A stretch of DNA of 31,405 bases from an uncultured Thermococci archaeon (GTDB lineage: Archaea > CAYQAE01 > CAYVLA01). Made by a program: the position numbers and the translations under genes. The notes beneath the pieces are model-generated. The model was not told the DNA's origin. It worked only from the letters and a program-made list of their open reading frames with translations, and did no database searches. The stretch covers positions 1 to 31,405 of the forward strand of contig CAZJVP010000087.1 in assembly GCA_964549615.1 (NCBI GenBank), in the 5' to 3' direction. Every line of letters begins with the position of its first letter. The first letter of the stretch is position 1. This document shows positions 19,860-28,639 of the stretch, one piece after another.

Positions 19860-21080
19860 TCAGACGTTGAACCTCGTGGACGCCACCGGTTTGTAGGCAG
19901 CCTTCCTGACCATGAGGGTCCACAGCACGGCCCCGCTGAACATCGCAGTGCCGCTCACCGTGAACCACTCGATGACGTAGACCCAGACCAGGGCCTGGTC
20001 CTTCGCATCGATCGCAAGGTCGGCAGCCACCTTGATGCTGCTGAGGGCCTCATCGAGGGCGGACAGGCTGGCCTCGTATTCTCCCTGGATGTAGAGCTTG
20101 ACCATCTCCTTCCTCAAATCGTCGGACTTCTTCAGCTCGGCCTCGGCCTTCTTCAGGTTGGCGCCGAACTTCTCGGCGAAGTCCAGGACCGAAACGGTGA
20201 AGGACCTGCTGGAGTAGAACCCCGTCAGCTTCCTCCGTAGCTCCAGGAACATGGATGTGTCCTCGGGTATCTCCACCCTAACCGAGTAATAGATCAGGTT
20301 GCTCAAAACCAGTGGGGCGTAAGCCCACCTGTGGAAGTCCTGCGGGCCGTTGCCGCCCCAGTCGAAGACGAATGCCTCGCTCCTCCCCTTCCCCATGTCC
20401 ATGTACATCAGGATCGGCGAGCCGGGAGGGTTGCGATCGCTGCGCCCCACGACCACGCTGCCCTCCCTCTCTCCCACCCTCTGCTGGTTGAACAAGAAGA
20501 CCTGGCCCCAGGGTATCTTCCTCACCAGCGGATGATCTTCATAGCCTTCGGTTGGCACGAGATGGTAGGCCCTGCCGAGGTCGTAGAACTCCGGTATGCA
20601 CTTACACGGCAGGATGTCCGCGACGGGGGAGGGATCCCAGCTGGGATGGCCCCACGCCGGGTAACCTCCGAACGTCTGCGGCCCTCCCGCCATCAGGAAG
20701 CCCTGCCCGCCATCGATGACGGCCGACTTTATCCAGTTCTGCAACTTGGCCGGGAAGAATGGCTCCCGGGCGTCGGCGATGATGATCATGTCGAAGTCCT
20801 CATTCAACCTTTTCTCGGTACGGGGAATGTACATCCTGAGCCTGGCCGCCGCCTCCTCGATCGAAAGGTATGCACCCGTGATGAACTCGACCGGTACCGG
20901 GCTGAGCTTGACAAGCGGGTCCTGCGCGATGATCGGGGTGACGAAGCCGGCCTCCATGAGGGAATCCCCCATATACAAAACCCTGATCAGGCCGGTCTGG
21001 GGGTCAACCCTTGGCTGCGCCCAGACGGAGGCGGGCAGAACAAGTGCGAAGACCAAGGAAGCCAACGCCGTCCTTGTCAT
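19860..21080 (-). CDS. Uncharacterised secreted, C-terminally anchored GATase-like protein (family A, copy 2)
   Basis: Signal peptide, IRVLYMGD, RMYIPRT, GFLMAGG, GKGRS, LDFAEKFGAN and WVYVIEWFTVSGT TM; SD GGAGAGG. Confidence 0.85.
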   Translation of the reverse strand: MTRTALASLVFALVLPASVWAQPRVDPQTGLIRVLYMGDSLMEAGFVTPIIAQDPLVKLSPVPVEFITGAYLSIEEAAARLRMYIPRTEKRLNEDFDMIIIADAREPFFPAKLQNWIKSAVIDGGQGFLMAGGPQTFGGYPAWGHPSWDPSPVADILPCKCIPEFYDLGRAYHLVPTEGYEDHPLVRKIPWGQVFLFNQQRVGEREGSVVVGRSDRNPPGSPILMYMDMGKGRSEAFVFDWGGNGPQDFHRWAYAPLVLSNLIYYSVRVEIPEDTSMFLELRRKLTGFYSSRSFTVSVLDFAEKFGANLKKAEAELKKSDDLRKEMVKLYIQGEYEASLSALDEALSSIKVAADLAIDAKDQALVWVYVIEWFTVSGTAMFSGAVLWTLMVRKAAYKPVASTRFNV

Positions 21081-21322
21081 CTTCCTCTCCTTATGACAGG
21101 CAAAATCGATACCGGGATAAAACTGTGAGGGTGTGAAGCGACGCTTGGCCGCCGCCGCTACTCGTCTGCACCCGTCAGGATACTAGGTTTCGGTCCTGAC
21201 GACAAAACTACACGGCGGCTTACACCTTGTAGTTCCGCTCCCCATCCGACGGCAAGGCTGAACGACCCATCCCTACAATCCAGGGGTTGATGCTGAAGGA
21301 TCCGGCAGCATGACCCGCATGG

Positions 21323-21865
21323 TTACCTCTTACAGAATGGGCCTTCCAAGCAATAGACCGTGAGTCTTCCCTTTCGTGGGCACTTCGCGGCCAAGTCGCA
21401 TCTCGGACACAGCCGGGAAACGTCCTCCACATCGAGGGTACCCATCTGTTCGTGCAAGGCATAGAGGAGTTTGAGGTACTTCCCCTCCGCTATTCTAGGT
21501 ACCTCGTTCCGGCGGTCCAGCCCGTACCATTCGTACAGCCGCCTATCTCCCTTCGAGGAGTTGCATGTCCTGCAGACCCACACCGCGTTGTCAGGCGAAT
21601 CAGGCCCGCCCCTACACCTTGGTAGGATGTGCTCCAGGGTTAGGTCCCTTCTGCCTCCGCAGTAGATGCAGTTCTCCGGTCTCTCCCGCTCCTTTATGTA
21701 CTCCCTGATCGAGCTTGACCAAGAGATCTCTCCGAGGGCGAGCTTCCTGAACCTGTTCATCACGAACGCATACTGTCGCTTTCCGGCGCCCGCGGACTCA
21801 GAGATGATCTTTGCATACTGCCAATAGATCAAGTCTCGAATCGTCCTGACTGCAGGCGGCGGCAT
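21323..21865 (-). CDS. HNH endonuclease
   Basis: CIYCG...LTLEHILPRCRGG.D..DN....CRTCNSSKG; additional C-terminal Cys cluster; SD GGAGG. Confidence 0.9.
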   Translation of the reverse strand: MPPPAVRTIRDLIYWQYAKIISESAGAGKRQYAFVMNRFRKLALGEISWSSSIREYIKERERPENCIYCGGRRDLTLEHILPRCRGGPDSPDNAVWVCRTCNSSKGDRRLYEWYGLDRRNEVPRIAEGKYLKLLYALHEQMGTLDVEDVSRLCPRCDLAAKCPRKGRLTVYCLEGPFCKR

Positions 21866-22266
21866 CGAGTCCCTCCCGGCAACGAGCTATGATAGGCACT
21901 AAAGTGCGCCAAACCCAGTTGCTGAAGCGAGCTATTCAAATGTAACGCTTGTCGGCGAGCCGCCAAGGTCGGAGGACCAAGAAGTAACCTCCGCACCAAA
22001 ACAGCCGAATCTGCGTCGGGACGGTCCGATCTTAGGACCGGAATCATATCTTCAAGCGTTCTGGGAATAGCGAAGAAGGCGTCTCAAAGTGTGTCCGTTC
22101 CTGCGGACGTTCTTCGCTTCCTTTGGAAGCCGGCCTTAGCACTCTGCCGCTCCTCGGAAAATGGCGGGTTGTCCCGGGACTAGGCAGAACGGCCGCAATC
22201 CCAATCACGACCTGACTCTGGCTCTATGGCGAAGGCCTCGAAGGCGCAGCCATGGTGCCTGGAGCC

Positions 22267-22701
22267 CTATTCGTTCTTCGTCGCTTCTCTTATCCTGCCT
22301 GGGAATAATTCGTGTCTGTTCTGCTTTTCGACCAGCTTTCCGAGTATCTCCACCTCTTTGTCGAGGTAGGAGTCAAGAACGGATGGCGAGTCCGGTCCCA
22401 GCATCCAGTAGGGCTTTGCCAGTATGAGTTCGCTGAGGTTGCCGGGCCTCACCAGGACGTATCGAACCTCTGTATTCAGTGTCTCGATCTTTGTGTATGG
22501 ATTGTAGGATGCGACTTTGGCCGCTTTTCTCACCAGGACGCCTCGATAGACCGATTCCGGCCACGGTTCCCTTCCGTATGACGGGTCCGTCCTGTATACA
22601 ACCCTACCGCCGAAGCCCCCTGCTGTATAGTACGAATACGATGACCAGGCAATGACGACCCCCGCAGAGATGAAGGCAGCAACTTTGAGGATCCATCTCA
22701 C
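22267..22701 (-). CDS. Hypothetical protein with N-terminal membrane anchor/signal
   Basis: 144-aa ORF with hydrophobic N-terminus (WILKVAAFISAGVVIAW) and a protein-like beta-rich C-terminal part. Confidence 0.7.
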   Translation of the reverse strand: MRWILKVAAFISAGVVIAWSSYSYYTAGGFGGRVVYRTDPSYGREPWPESVYRGVLVRKAAKVASYNPYTKIETLNTEVRYVLVRPGNLSELILAKPYWMLGPDSPSVLDSYLDKEVEILGKLVEKQNRHELFPGRIREATKNE

Positions 22702-23410
22702 CTGCTCTCGGCCAAGGGTCCTCCCGGGTCTGCCGGACCCTCTCGGCCGCGTTCGCGGGATCGAAGTGGTCTGCGAAATGCACCCTTATTCCCCTCACTC
22801 CGAACTGACGATGCATGGAGAAACGAATTCAAGCTGTCGAACCAGGCTTCTTGGTGCCAGTGGTTTAGGCCAGCCGTCGTCCATGCTTGGACGAATCTCG
22901 ATAGATGGGCAGCCACCGACGTACTCGGTGGTATCGATCTTGGCGCATTTCCAGCCCGTGTCAAGCGTGCCGCCCGCGGCCAGAGGTAGGGTCTTCAGCA
23001 AGGTGGACGTACAAGGATCGATGAGATTGACGGCCGCATTGGTCACGACGCTGATGCTCTGGTCGGACCTGGCCCTGAAGCAGATCGCCGTATATGTGAG
23101 CCGCAAGTCCGTTTAGCCCCAGGACAAGCTCGACTGTGAACTTTTGGCCTGCGTGATCGACCACCCACCCAGATCACCAAAGCTTCGTCCAGATAGATGC
23201 GGTTGCCTTCCCCCGAGAGGCTGCCATTCCCCAATCCTTCAGCCAGCCTCATCTGCCACAGAGTCTGGCCGTTCTTCGTGCCTATCAGTTCTTTGGGACA
23301 AACCAGTCCGGAAGGTGAACTCTATCCAGCGAGTCACGCTCTCCTTCGGGAACAGTTGGGCAGGGATGTTTCCTGAGGCTGGCCGGCCGCCTCCTCGAAC
23401 TCATATTCCA
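22700..23410 (-). pseudogene. Probable fragmented gene of an extracellular beta-rich protein
   Basis: Protein-like segments continue across frameshifts (ELIGTKNGQTLWQMRL..., QKFTVELVLG, TLDTGWKCAKIDTTEYVGGCPSIEIR); no single intact ORF. Confidence 0.35.
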
Positions 23411-23500
23411 TCCGTTGGGAGCCTGCTAATCGAGCCGGGACATGCGGATCACGATTTTCCAAACCAAGAATGAAGGCAGGGTTTCGCTCGCTGTAGTGAA

Positions 23501-23573
23501 CGGGCCCGACGGGATTCGAACCCGCGACATCAGGCTCCGGAGGCCTGCGCCCTATCCACTAGACTACGGGCCC
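23501..23573 (-). tRNA. tRNA-Arg(CCG), no intron, CCA not encoded
   Basis: GGGCCCGTAGTCTAGTGGATAGGGCGCAGGCCTCCGGAGCCTGATGTCGCGGGTTCGAATCCCGTCGGGCCCG: acceptor GGGCCCG/CGGGCCC, anticodon stem CAGGC/GCCTG with loop CT-CCG-GA, T loop TTCGAAT. Confidence 0.97.
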
Positions 23574-23695
23574 GCTTGGATGAGATCAGGCCGAACTGTA
23601 AAATGTGTTCTCGCCAGAAACGTCCGTCCCAAGCAGGCATCACTTGGCGAATCCCGCATGAGGAGCTTTATCTAGGTGGCCTCCCACCAACAAGC

Positions 23696-25321
23696 ATGTC
23701 CAATTTCAGCCTTAGATCTTGCGGCATCGTTCCCCCGCACGATCCCATTCCCGCCGAACGCCGTGCGGCGCAGGAGCTCCAAGACTGGATCGGGAAGATC
23801 GCTGGAAGCCCCCCGAAGATGCTGGAGAGCAAACGAGGCAGGTGCATCATCCTCCGATACTCGCCCGACCTGGGATCAGAGGAGTTCTCGATAGTGCTCA
23901 GGAAAGGAGACATCATCATATCTGGCGGCCGGCCGAGGGGGGTGCTCTACGGCACCTACGAGCTTCTTGACCGGTTCGCCGGGATCAGGTGGGTTGCGCC
24001 TGACGAAACCATCCTCCCGTCCGATCGGTCGGAGATAACGATCCCCTCCGAGGGCTTCTCCTTCTCGCCGAGGCTGGCCTACAGGGAGCCCTTTTTCACC
24101 GAGGCGTTTGATGGCGACTGGGCAGCAAGGAACCGGATGAACTCCCACTTCGCAAGGCTTACGGATATCCACGGGGGCAAGGTTACCTACGAAGGCTTCG
24201 TCCACACCTTCAACCTCCTCGTCCCGCCGGCGGAGTTCTTCAGCTCCCATCCCGAGTACTTCTCGGAGATCGATGGAAAGAGGATTGCGGAGAAGACCCA
24301 ACTGTGCCTCACGAACCCGGACGTCGTGCGCATAGCCGCCGAGCGGGTCATGTCATGGTTCAAGAAGAACCCGAACGCCAACATAGCCTCTGTCAGCCAG
24401 AATGACTGGTCCAACGCCTGCCAATGCCCCAACTGCTCCAAGGTGGATGAAGAGGAAGGATCCAAGGCGGGTTCGCTGCTGCATTTCGTCAACCAAGTGG
24501 CGGAGATCGTCGAAAAGGAGTTCCCTGACAGGTGGATCGACACCATCGCCTACCAGTACACCAGAAAGCCCCCTGCAAACGTAAGGCCTAGGAGGAACGT
24601 CATCGTCCGTCTCTGCAGCATCGAATGCTGTTTCTCCCACCCTCTGGCTAGCTGCCCCGAGAATGAGAGCTTCAGAAGGGACACCCAGGGCTGGGCAAGG
24701 GTCGCCCATACATTATACGTCTGGGACTACGTCACCAACTTCGCGCACTACATCATGCCCTTTCCCAACCTCAGGGTTCTCCAGCCCAACGTTCGATTCT
24801 TCGTCCAGAACAACGTGAAGGGCATATTCGAGGAGGGGAACTACTCGCCAGGAGGAGGCGGGGAGTTCGCGTCCTTGAGGTCCTACCTTCTTTCCAGGAT
24901 ACTTTGGGAGCCGGAATGCGATGTGGGCAAAGCCCTGGAGGAGTTCACGTCCGCCTACTACGGCCGCGCCGAGGCTGGAATTCGGACCTATATCGAGCTC
25001 CTGCATGACCGCGTTGACGAAGGCAAGCTTCACGTGAGGATATTCGACAGGCCCGACCGGTTCCTCGATCTTCCGTTCGTAGACGATTGCCTGTCCATCT
25101 TCGACGATGCCGAAGCCGTAGCTGCGGAGGCCCGCCACAAGCAACGCGTCCGGCTCGCCAGGCTTCCCCTGACCTACTCGAAGATCTTCCTGATGGACCC
25201 CTCCGACCCAGCCAGGAAGGCGCTGCTCCAGGACTTCCTCAAGGAGTGCAGATCGTTCGGCATCACCAACATTTCCGAGGCCAAGACCATCGAACGGTTC
25301 GCGCAAGAGAACCTGGCCTGA
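23696..25321 (+). CDS. DUF4838 domain protein (GH20/GH67-like N-terminal domain; putative glycoside hydrolase)
   Basis: GGRPRGVLYGTYELL, FVHTF..LVPP..FF..HPEYF, QLCLTNP, SVSQND, CQCPNC, AYQYTRKPP and VWDY. ATG 23696 lies ~25 nt after TTTATCTA. Confidence 0.88.
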   Translation: MSNFSLRSCGIVPPHDPIPAERRAAQELQDWIGKIAGSPPKMLESKRGRCIILRYSPDLGSEEFSIVLRKGDIIISGGRPRGVLYGTYELLDRFAGIRWVAPDETILPSDRSEITIPSEGFSFSPRLAYREPFFTEAFDGDWAARNRMNSHFARLTDIHGGKVTYEGFVHTFNLLVPPAEFFSSHPEYFSEIDGKRIAEKTQLCLTNPDVVRIAAERVMSWFKKNPNANIASVSQNDWSNACQCPNCSKVDEEEGSKAGSLLHFVNQVAEIVEKEFPDRWIDTIAYQYTRKPPANVRPRRNVIVRLCSIECCFSHPLASCPENESFRRDTQGWARVAHTLYVWDYVTNFAHYIMPFPNLRVLQPNVRFFVQNNVKGIFEEGNYSPGGGGEFASLRSYLLSRILWEPECDVGKALEEFTSAYYGRAEAGIRTYIELLHDRVDEGKLHVRIFDRPDRFLDLPFVDDCLSIFDDAEAVAAEARHKQRVRLARLPLTYSKIFLMDPSDPARKALLQDFLKECRSFGITNISEAKTIERFAQENLA

Positions 25322-25655
25322 TCCGGGCCTGAGGAGAAGGTCCAGGGAAGTAGGAAGGATCTCAGAAACCGCTTCGCGTCGGGCCAACCCGCGAAACGTT
25401 GGGATAACACCCCGGTCAAACAAAACCACTATATGTTCCTAACAGCTTCATGGTTTGCGATCCCAAGGGACATCGCGGTCGGCTTCCAAACGAATCAGGA
25501 AAGGGGAAATAGGGGATTCTTCTCAGGCGACCTCTACCTGACTCCCCTTGGGATCTCTTCCAATCAGGGCCAACCCATCCTTGGCCCAAGTTGCGTTCGC
25601 CCCACGCGAGCGGCGCCCGGGCGAAGAGGCTGTTTACAGACGCTTCAGTGGCGCT

Positions 25656-26216
25656 CTACCTTGGCTTCATCTTGGCAAGGAGCCTGTCCGTCGTGGTTAT
25701 GTCCGCCTTGTACGCCATCCTGAGGTACTCAAGGCCAGCGACGTGGTCCTTCTCGGCGAAGGCTTCCACTCCATCCTCCGGAACGACTATGTTGAATCCC
25801 CTGAAGAAGGCATCCGCCGCGGTATGCCTTATGCAGATGTTCGTGTGGAGTCCCGTCAGTATGACCGTCCGAACGCCCAGGTCCCTCAGGAGAAGCTCGA
25901 GGTCGGTCTGGTAGAACCCGCTGTAAGTTCGCTTCGGCACGACGAAGTCGCCCTTCTCCGGCTTTATCTCGTCTATCACCTGCGCGCCCTGGCTGCCCGC
26001 GATCGCATGTTCGCCCCAGACGCTGAACTCGTGATCCAAGCCTGGGATGTGGGCATCGTTCGAGTAGATCACGGGGATCCCGGCCGCTCTTGCCGCCTTG
26101 GCGAGCCTCTGGATGTTAGGAACGATCCTGGATGCCCGGTCGCACTTGAGGGCGCCCTTCACGAAGTCGTTCTCCATGTCCACGATGATGAGGGCCATCT
26201 TTCCTCTTGCTACCAT
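25656..26216 (-). CDS. Isochorismatase/nicotinamidase family cysteine hydrolase
   Basis: ALIIVDMENDF, KRTYSGF and GLHTNICIRHT (Asp-Lys-Cys triad). Confidence 0.92.
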   Translation of the reverse strand: MVARGKMALIIVDMENDFVKGALKCDRASRIVPNIQRLAKAARAAGIPVIYSNDAHIPGLDHEFSVWGEHAIAGSQGAQVIDEIKPEKGDFVVPKRTYSGFYQTDLELLLRDLGVRTVILTGLHTNICIRHTAADAFFRGFNIVVPEDGVEAFAEKDHVAGLEYLRMAYKADITTTDRLLAKMKPR

Positions 26217-26485
26217 GTTCCATCCCTGGTGCCTGCCCAACCGGCCTCATATTTCTTTCGAAGTGGCCTCCATGGCGCCCTCGCACGGCAAGACCCATGC
26301 GGACCAACGACAATGCGTCTCGGCACACCAGAGGAAGCGGGACCGGGCTCCGACGCAGGGAATCCGAATCTGAAAGGGCAAGGCGAAAAGCTGCAACCGA
26401 TCGTCCCGGGAAGTGAGTATTCGAGACCCCGGTATGTAACGTTTAAGAAGCCGAATCCAGAGCGCGGGCCAAGGAGGTGACACTC

Positions 26486-26674
26486 GTGAAAGCGAGCGTT
26501 GACAAGGACCTCTGCACCGGATGCGAGCTTTGCACCGAGACGTGCCCGGAGGTTTTTGAGATGAAGGGTGACGTCAGCACTGTCAAGGTTGAGGTCGTCC
26601 CAAAGGATGCAGAGGACTGTGCCAGGCAGGCGGCCGAGGAGTGCCCCGTCGAGGCCATAACGATAGAGGAGTAG
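26486..26674 (+). CDS. Monocluster [4Fe-4S] ferredoxin
   Basis: CTGCELCTETCPEVF...AAEECPVEAI; strong SD GGAGGTGA before GTG 26486; TATA TTTAAG at ~26442. Confidence 0.93.
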   Translation: MKASVDKDLCTGCELCTETCPEVFEMKGDVSTVKVEVVPKDAEDCARQAAEECPVEAITIEE

Positions 26675-26857
26675 CAGTAAGGTTCCCTTGCGCCCAGTCC
26701 TTTCGGACCACGGCGAGCTCCTAGCCAACCCTTCGTGGAAAGGCAGGCACGCCTTAGCGGGCCATGAAGCGTTGGCGCTGGTACCGTGGGCGGAGTTCTG
26801 GTCGGAATGCATGCAGCCGTGCGTAGGATATGTGAGAGGCGCCGCTCCCAAGAGAGC

Positions 26858-27964
26858 TTGGAACCCAAGGAACGCGTTCGAATAGCCCTTGACCACAGGG
26901 AGCCCGACCGGGTGCCCATAGACTTCTGGGCGGTCGAGGAACTTACAGGGCGGCTCTTGCGAGCCTTGGGCATGACGAACGAGGAGGAGATGCTGGAGGC
27001 ATTCGGGGTCGATTTCAGGGTGATCCGGGGCCCCAGCCTCTCTGGCCTGAAACTCGAGCGGTACGCGGACGGAAGTTTCAGGGATTTGTGGGGCGTGGTG
27101 AGGCGCCCCGTGTCGTTCGGCCGGGGCACCGCTAGGGGAAGGTACATGGAGGTCGCGTTTTCGCCACTCGGGCACATGAAGACGGTCGAGGAGGTCGAGA
27201 ACTACGAGCATTGGCCGTCTCCGGACTGGTGGGACTACTCCAATGTGAAGCAGGAGTGCAGGGAACACGAGGATTACTGCGTCGTGTTCGCGGGGGACAG
27301 GCTGGACCGCACTGCACAGCTTAAGACCGCGATGTACATGCGCGGGATGAAGGAGATCCTCACCGACCTTCGGAGGAACCCGGAGATAGCGAAGTGCATC
27401 TTCCAGCACGTGGCCGAGTACTTCCTGGAGTACAACCGGCGCGTGTTCGAAGCGGCCGACGGCCTCATAGACATCTTCATGATGGGCGACGATTTCGGCA
27501 CCCAGAACGGTCCAATGATGCCCGATGATCTTTGGGCCGAATTCCTCGAGGAGGGGTTCAGGGAGTTCATACGCCTCGCCCACGAGTACGGAATCCTGGT
27601 TATGCACCACACCTGCGGGTCCGTGCGTACGCTCATCCCGGCGTTCATACGGGATGGGCTCGACATCCTGCAATCGCTACAGCCCCGCGCCAAGGGAATG
27701 GATCTTGGATCCCTCAAGAAAGACTTCGGCCAACAGATATCCTTTCATGGCTCAATCGACGTACAGCATACGATGCCGAGAGGAACCGAGGCGGATGTCA
27801 GAAGAGAGGTCGCCGACCGAATGGCGGCGGGCAAGCCCGGGGGAGGCTTCGTCATATGCACGGCCCACAACCTGCAGGTTGACGTGCCGACCAAGAACGT
27901 GCTCGCCTTGGTCGAGTCGTACCATGAGCTGGGCGGATACGGGGAAGGTTCGGCGCAAGGATAG
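26858..27964 (+). CDS. Uroporphyrinogen decarboxylase / MtaA-CmuA methyltransferase family protein
   Basis: N-terminal PKERV..ALDHREPDRVPIDF, MGDDFGTQ, MHHTCGS, SFHGSIDVQ and AHNLQ; start TTG 26858 (ORF open from 26786). Confidence 0.88.
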   Translation: MEPKERVRIALDHREPDRVPIDFWAVEELTGRLLRALGMTNEEEMLEAFGVDFRVIRGPSLSGLKLERYADGSFRDLWGVVRRPVSFGRGTARGRYMEVAFSPLGHMKTVEEVENYEHWPSPDWWDYSNVKQECREHEDYCVVFAGDRLDRTAQLKTAMYMRGMKEILTDLRRNPEIAKCIFQHVAEYFLEYNRRVFEAADGLIDIFMMGDDFGTQNGPMMPDDLWAEFLEEGFREFIRLAHEYGILVMHHTCGSVRTLIPAFIRDGLDILQSLQPRAKGMDLGSLKKDFGQQISFHGSIDVQHTMPRGTEADVRREVADRMAAGKPGGGFVICTAHNLQVDVPTKNVLALVESYHELGGYGEGSAQG

Positions 27965-28015
27965 CACGTATATATTACTGACCAGCTTCCCGCTGACGTG
28001 GGTGGCGAATAAGTC

Positions 28016-28639
28016 TTGTCCCGTGAACTCAGGCTCCCGCAACACGTCCTCATGGAGGACGCCAGCGGCATCAGGATACTTGACAGGCGCACGGGCACAG
28101 AGCATCATCTCAGCGCTCCGATCGAGCCCGTCATCAGGACGCGAACGTCGCCTGTCAGGCTGCTCGCCGTCCCAGCGTCCGCCGTCCTAGCGCTGTACCT
28201 CTCCTCTATACTCGCCAGCGGGCTGGTTTCGCACGATTGGCAGGCCGCCCTTCTCCTTCTAGCCATGGCGATCCCCTTCGTCGTCGGGAGAGCGTCCAGT
28301 GGCAAGCTCGCAGTCCTCGCCTACCTCGTAGCCTTCATGGCCCTTGGCTACTTCCTTGGGATCCTTGAATCCGGCACGAGGCTTGGCGTTATTTTCTTCG
28401 GGGGAGGGCCGGGCACCGCCAGATCGTACGATGTCGTGCCCGCCTCCAACCTGCTGCCCGTTGCGCTTGTGGGACTCCTTCCCTACGTCTCGGCCGGCAT
28501 GCTTGGCGAGGTTCTCGTGAGCTTCGACGTTACCTTGAAGTCGCCCTCCGGCGACTACACGCTCGTGCTTCGCCACAAGGGAATGGCCAAGGAGGCCGTG
28601 GCATTCGTCTCCCGGGGCGATCGGGGGCAAGCCCGATGA
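28016..28639 (+). CDS. Hypothetical multi-pass membrane protein
   Basis: About four hydrophobic segments; TATATATT at ~27969; ATGA overlap with the next gene. Confidence 0.7.
   Translation: MSRELRLPQHVLMEDASGIRILDRRTGTEHHLSAPIEPVIRTRTSPVRLLAVPASAVLALYLSSILASGLVSHDWQAALLLLAMAIPFVVGRASSGKLAVLAYLVAFMALGYFLGILESGTRLGVIFFGGGPGTARSYDVVPASNLLPVALVGLLPYVSAGMLGEVLVSFDVTLKSPSGDYTLVLRHKGMAKEAVAFVSRGDRGQAR

Noticed and set aside
21170-21240. Hammerhead ribozyme (CTGACGA present)
   Set aside because: No GAAA core in the correct position after stem II on either strand
21323-21865. IscB/Cas9-like RNA-guided nuclease
   Set aside because: Only 180 aa, with no RuvC motifs, PLMP domain or bridge helix
21081-23573. 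Intact integrative element at tRNA-Arg
   Set aside because: No integrase and no duplicated tRNA 3' end (att) found by eye
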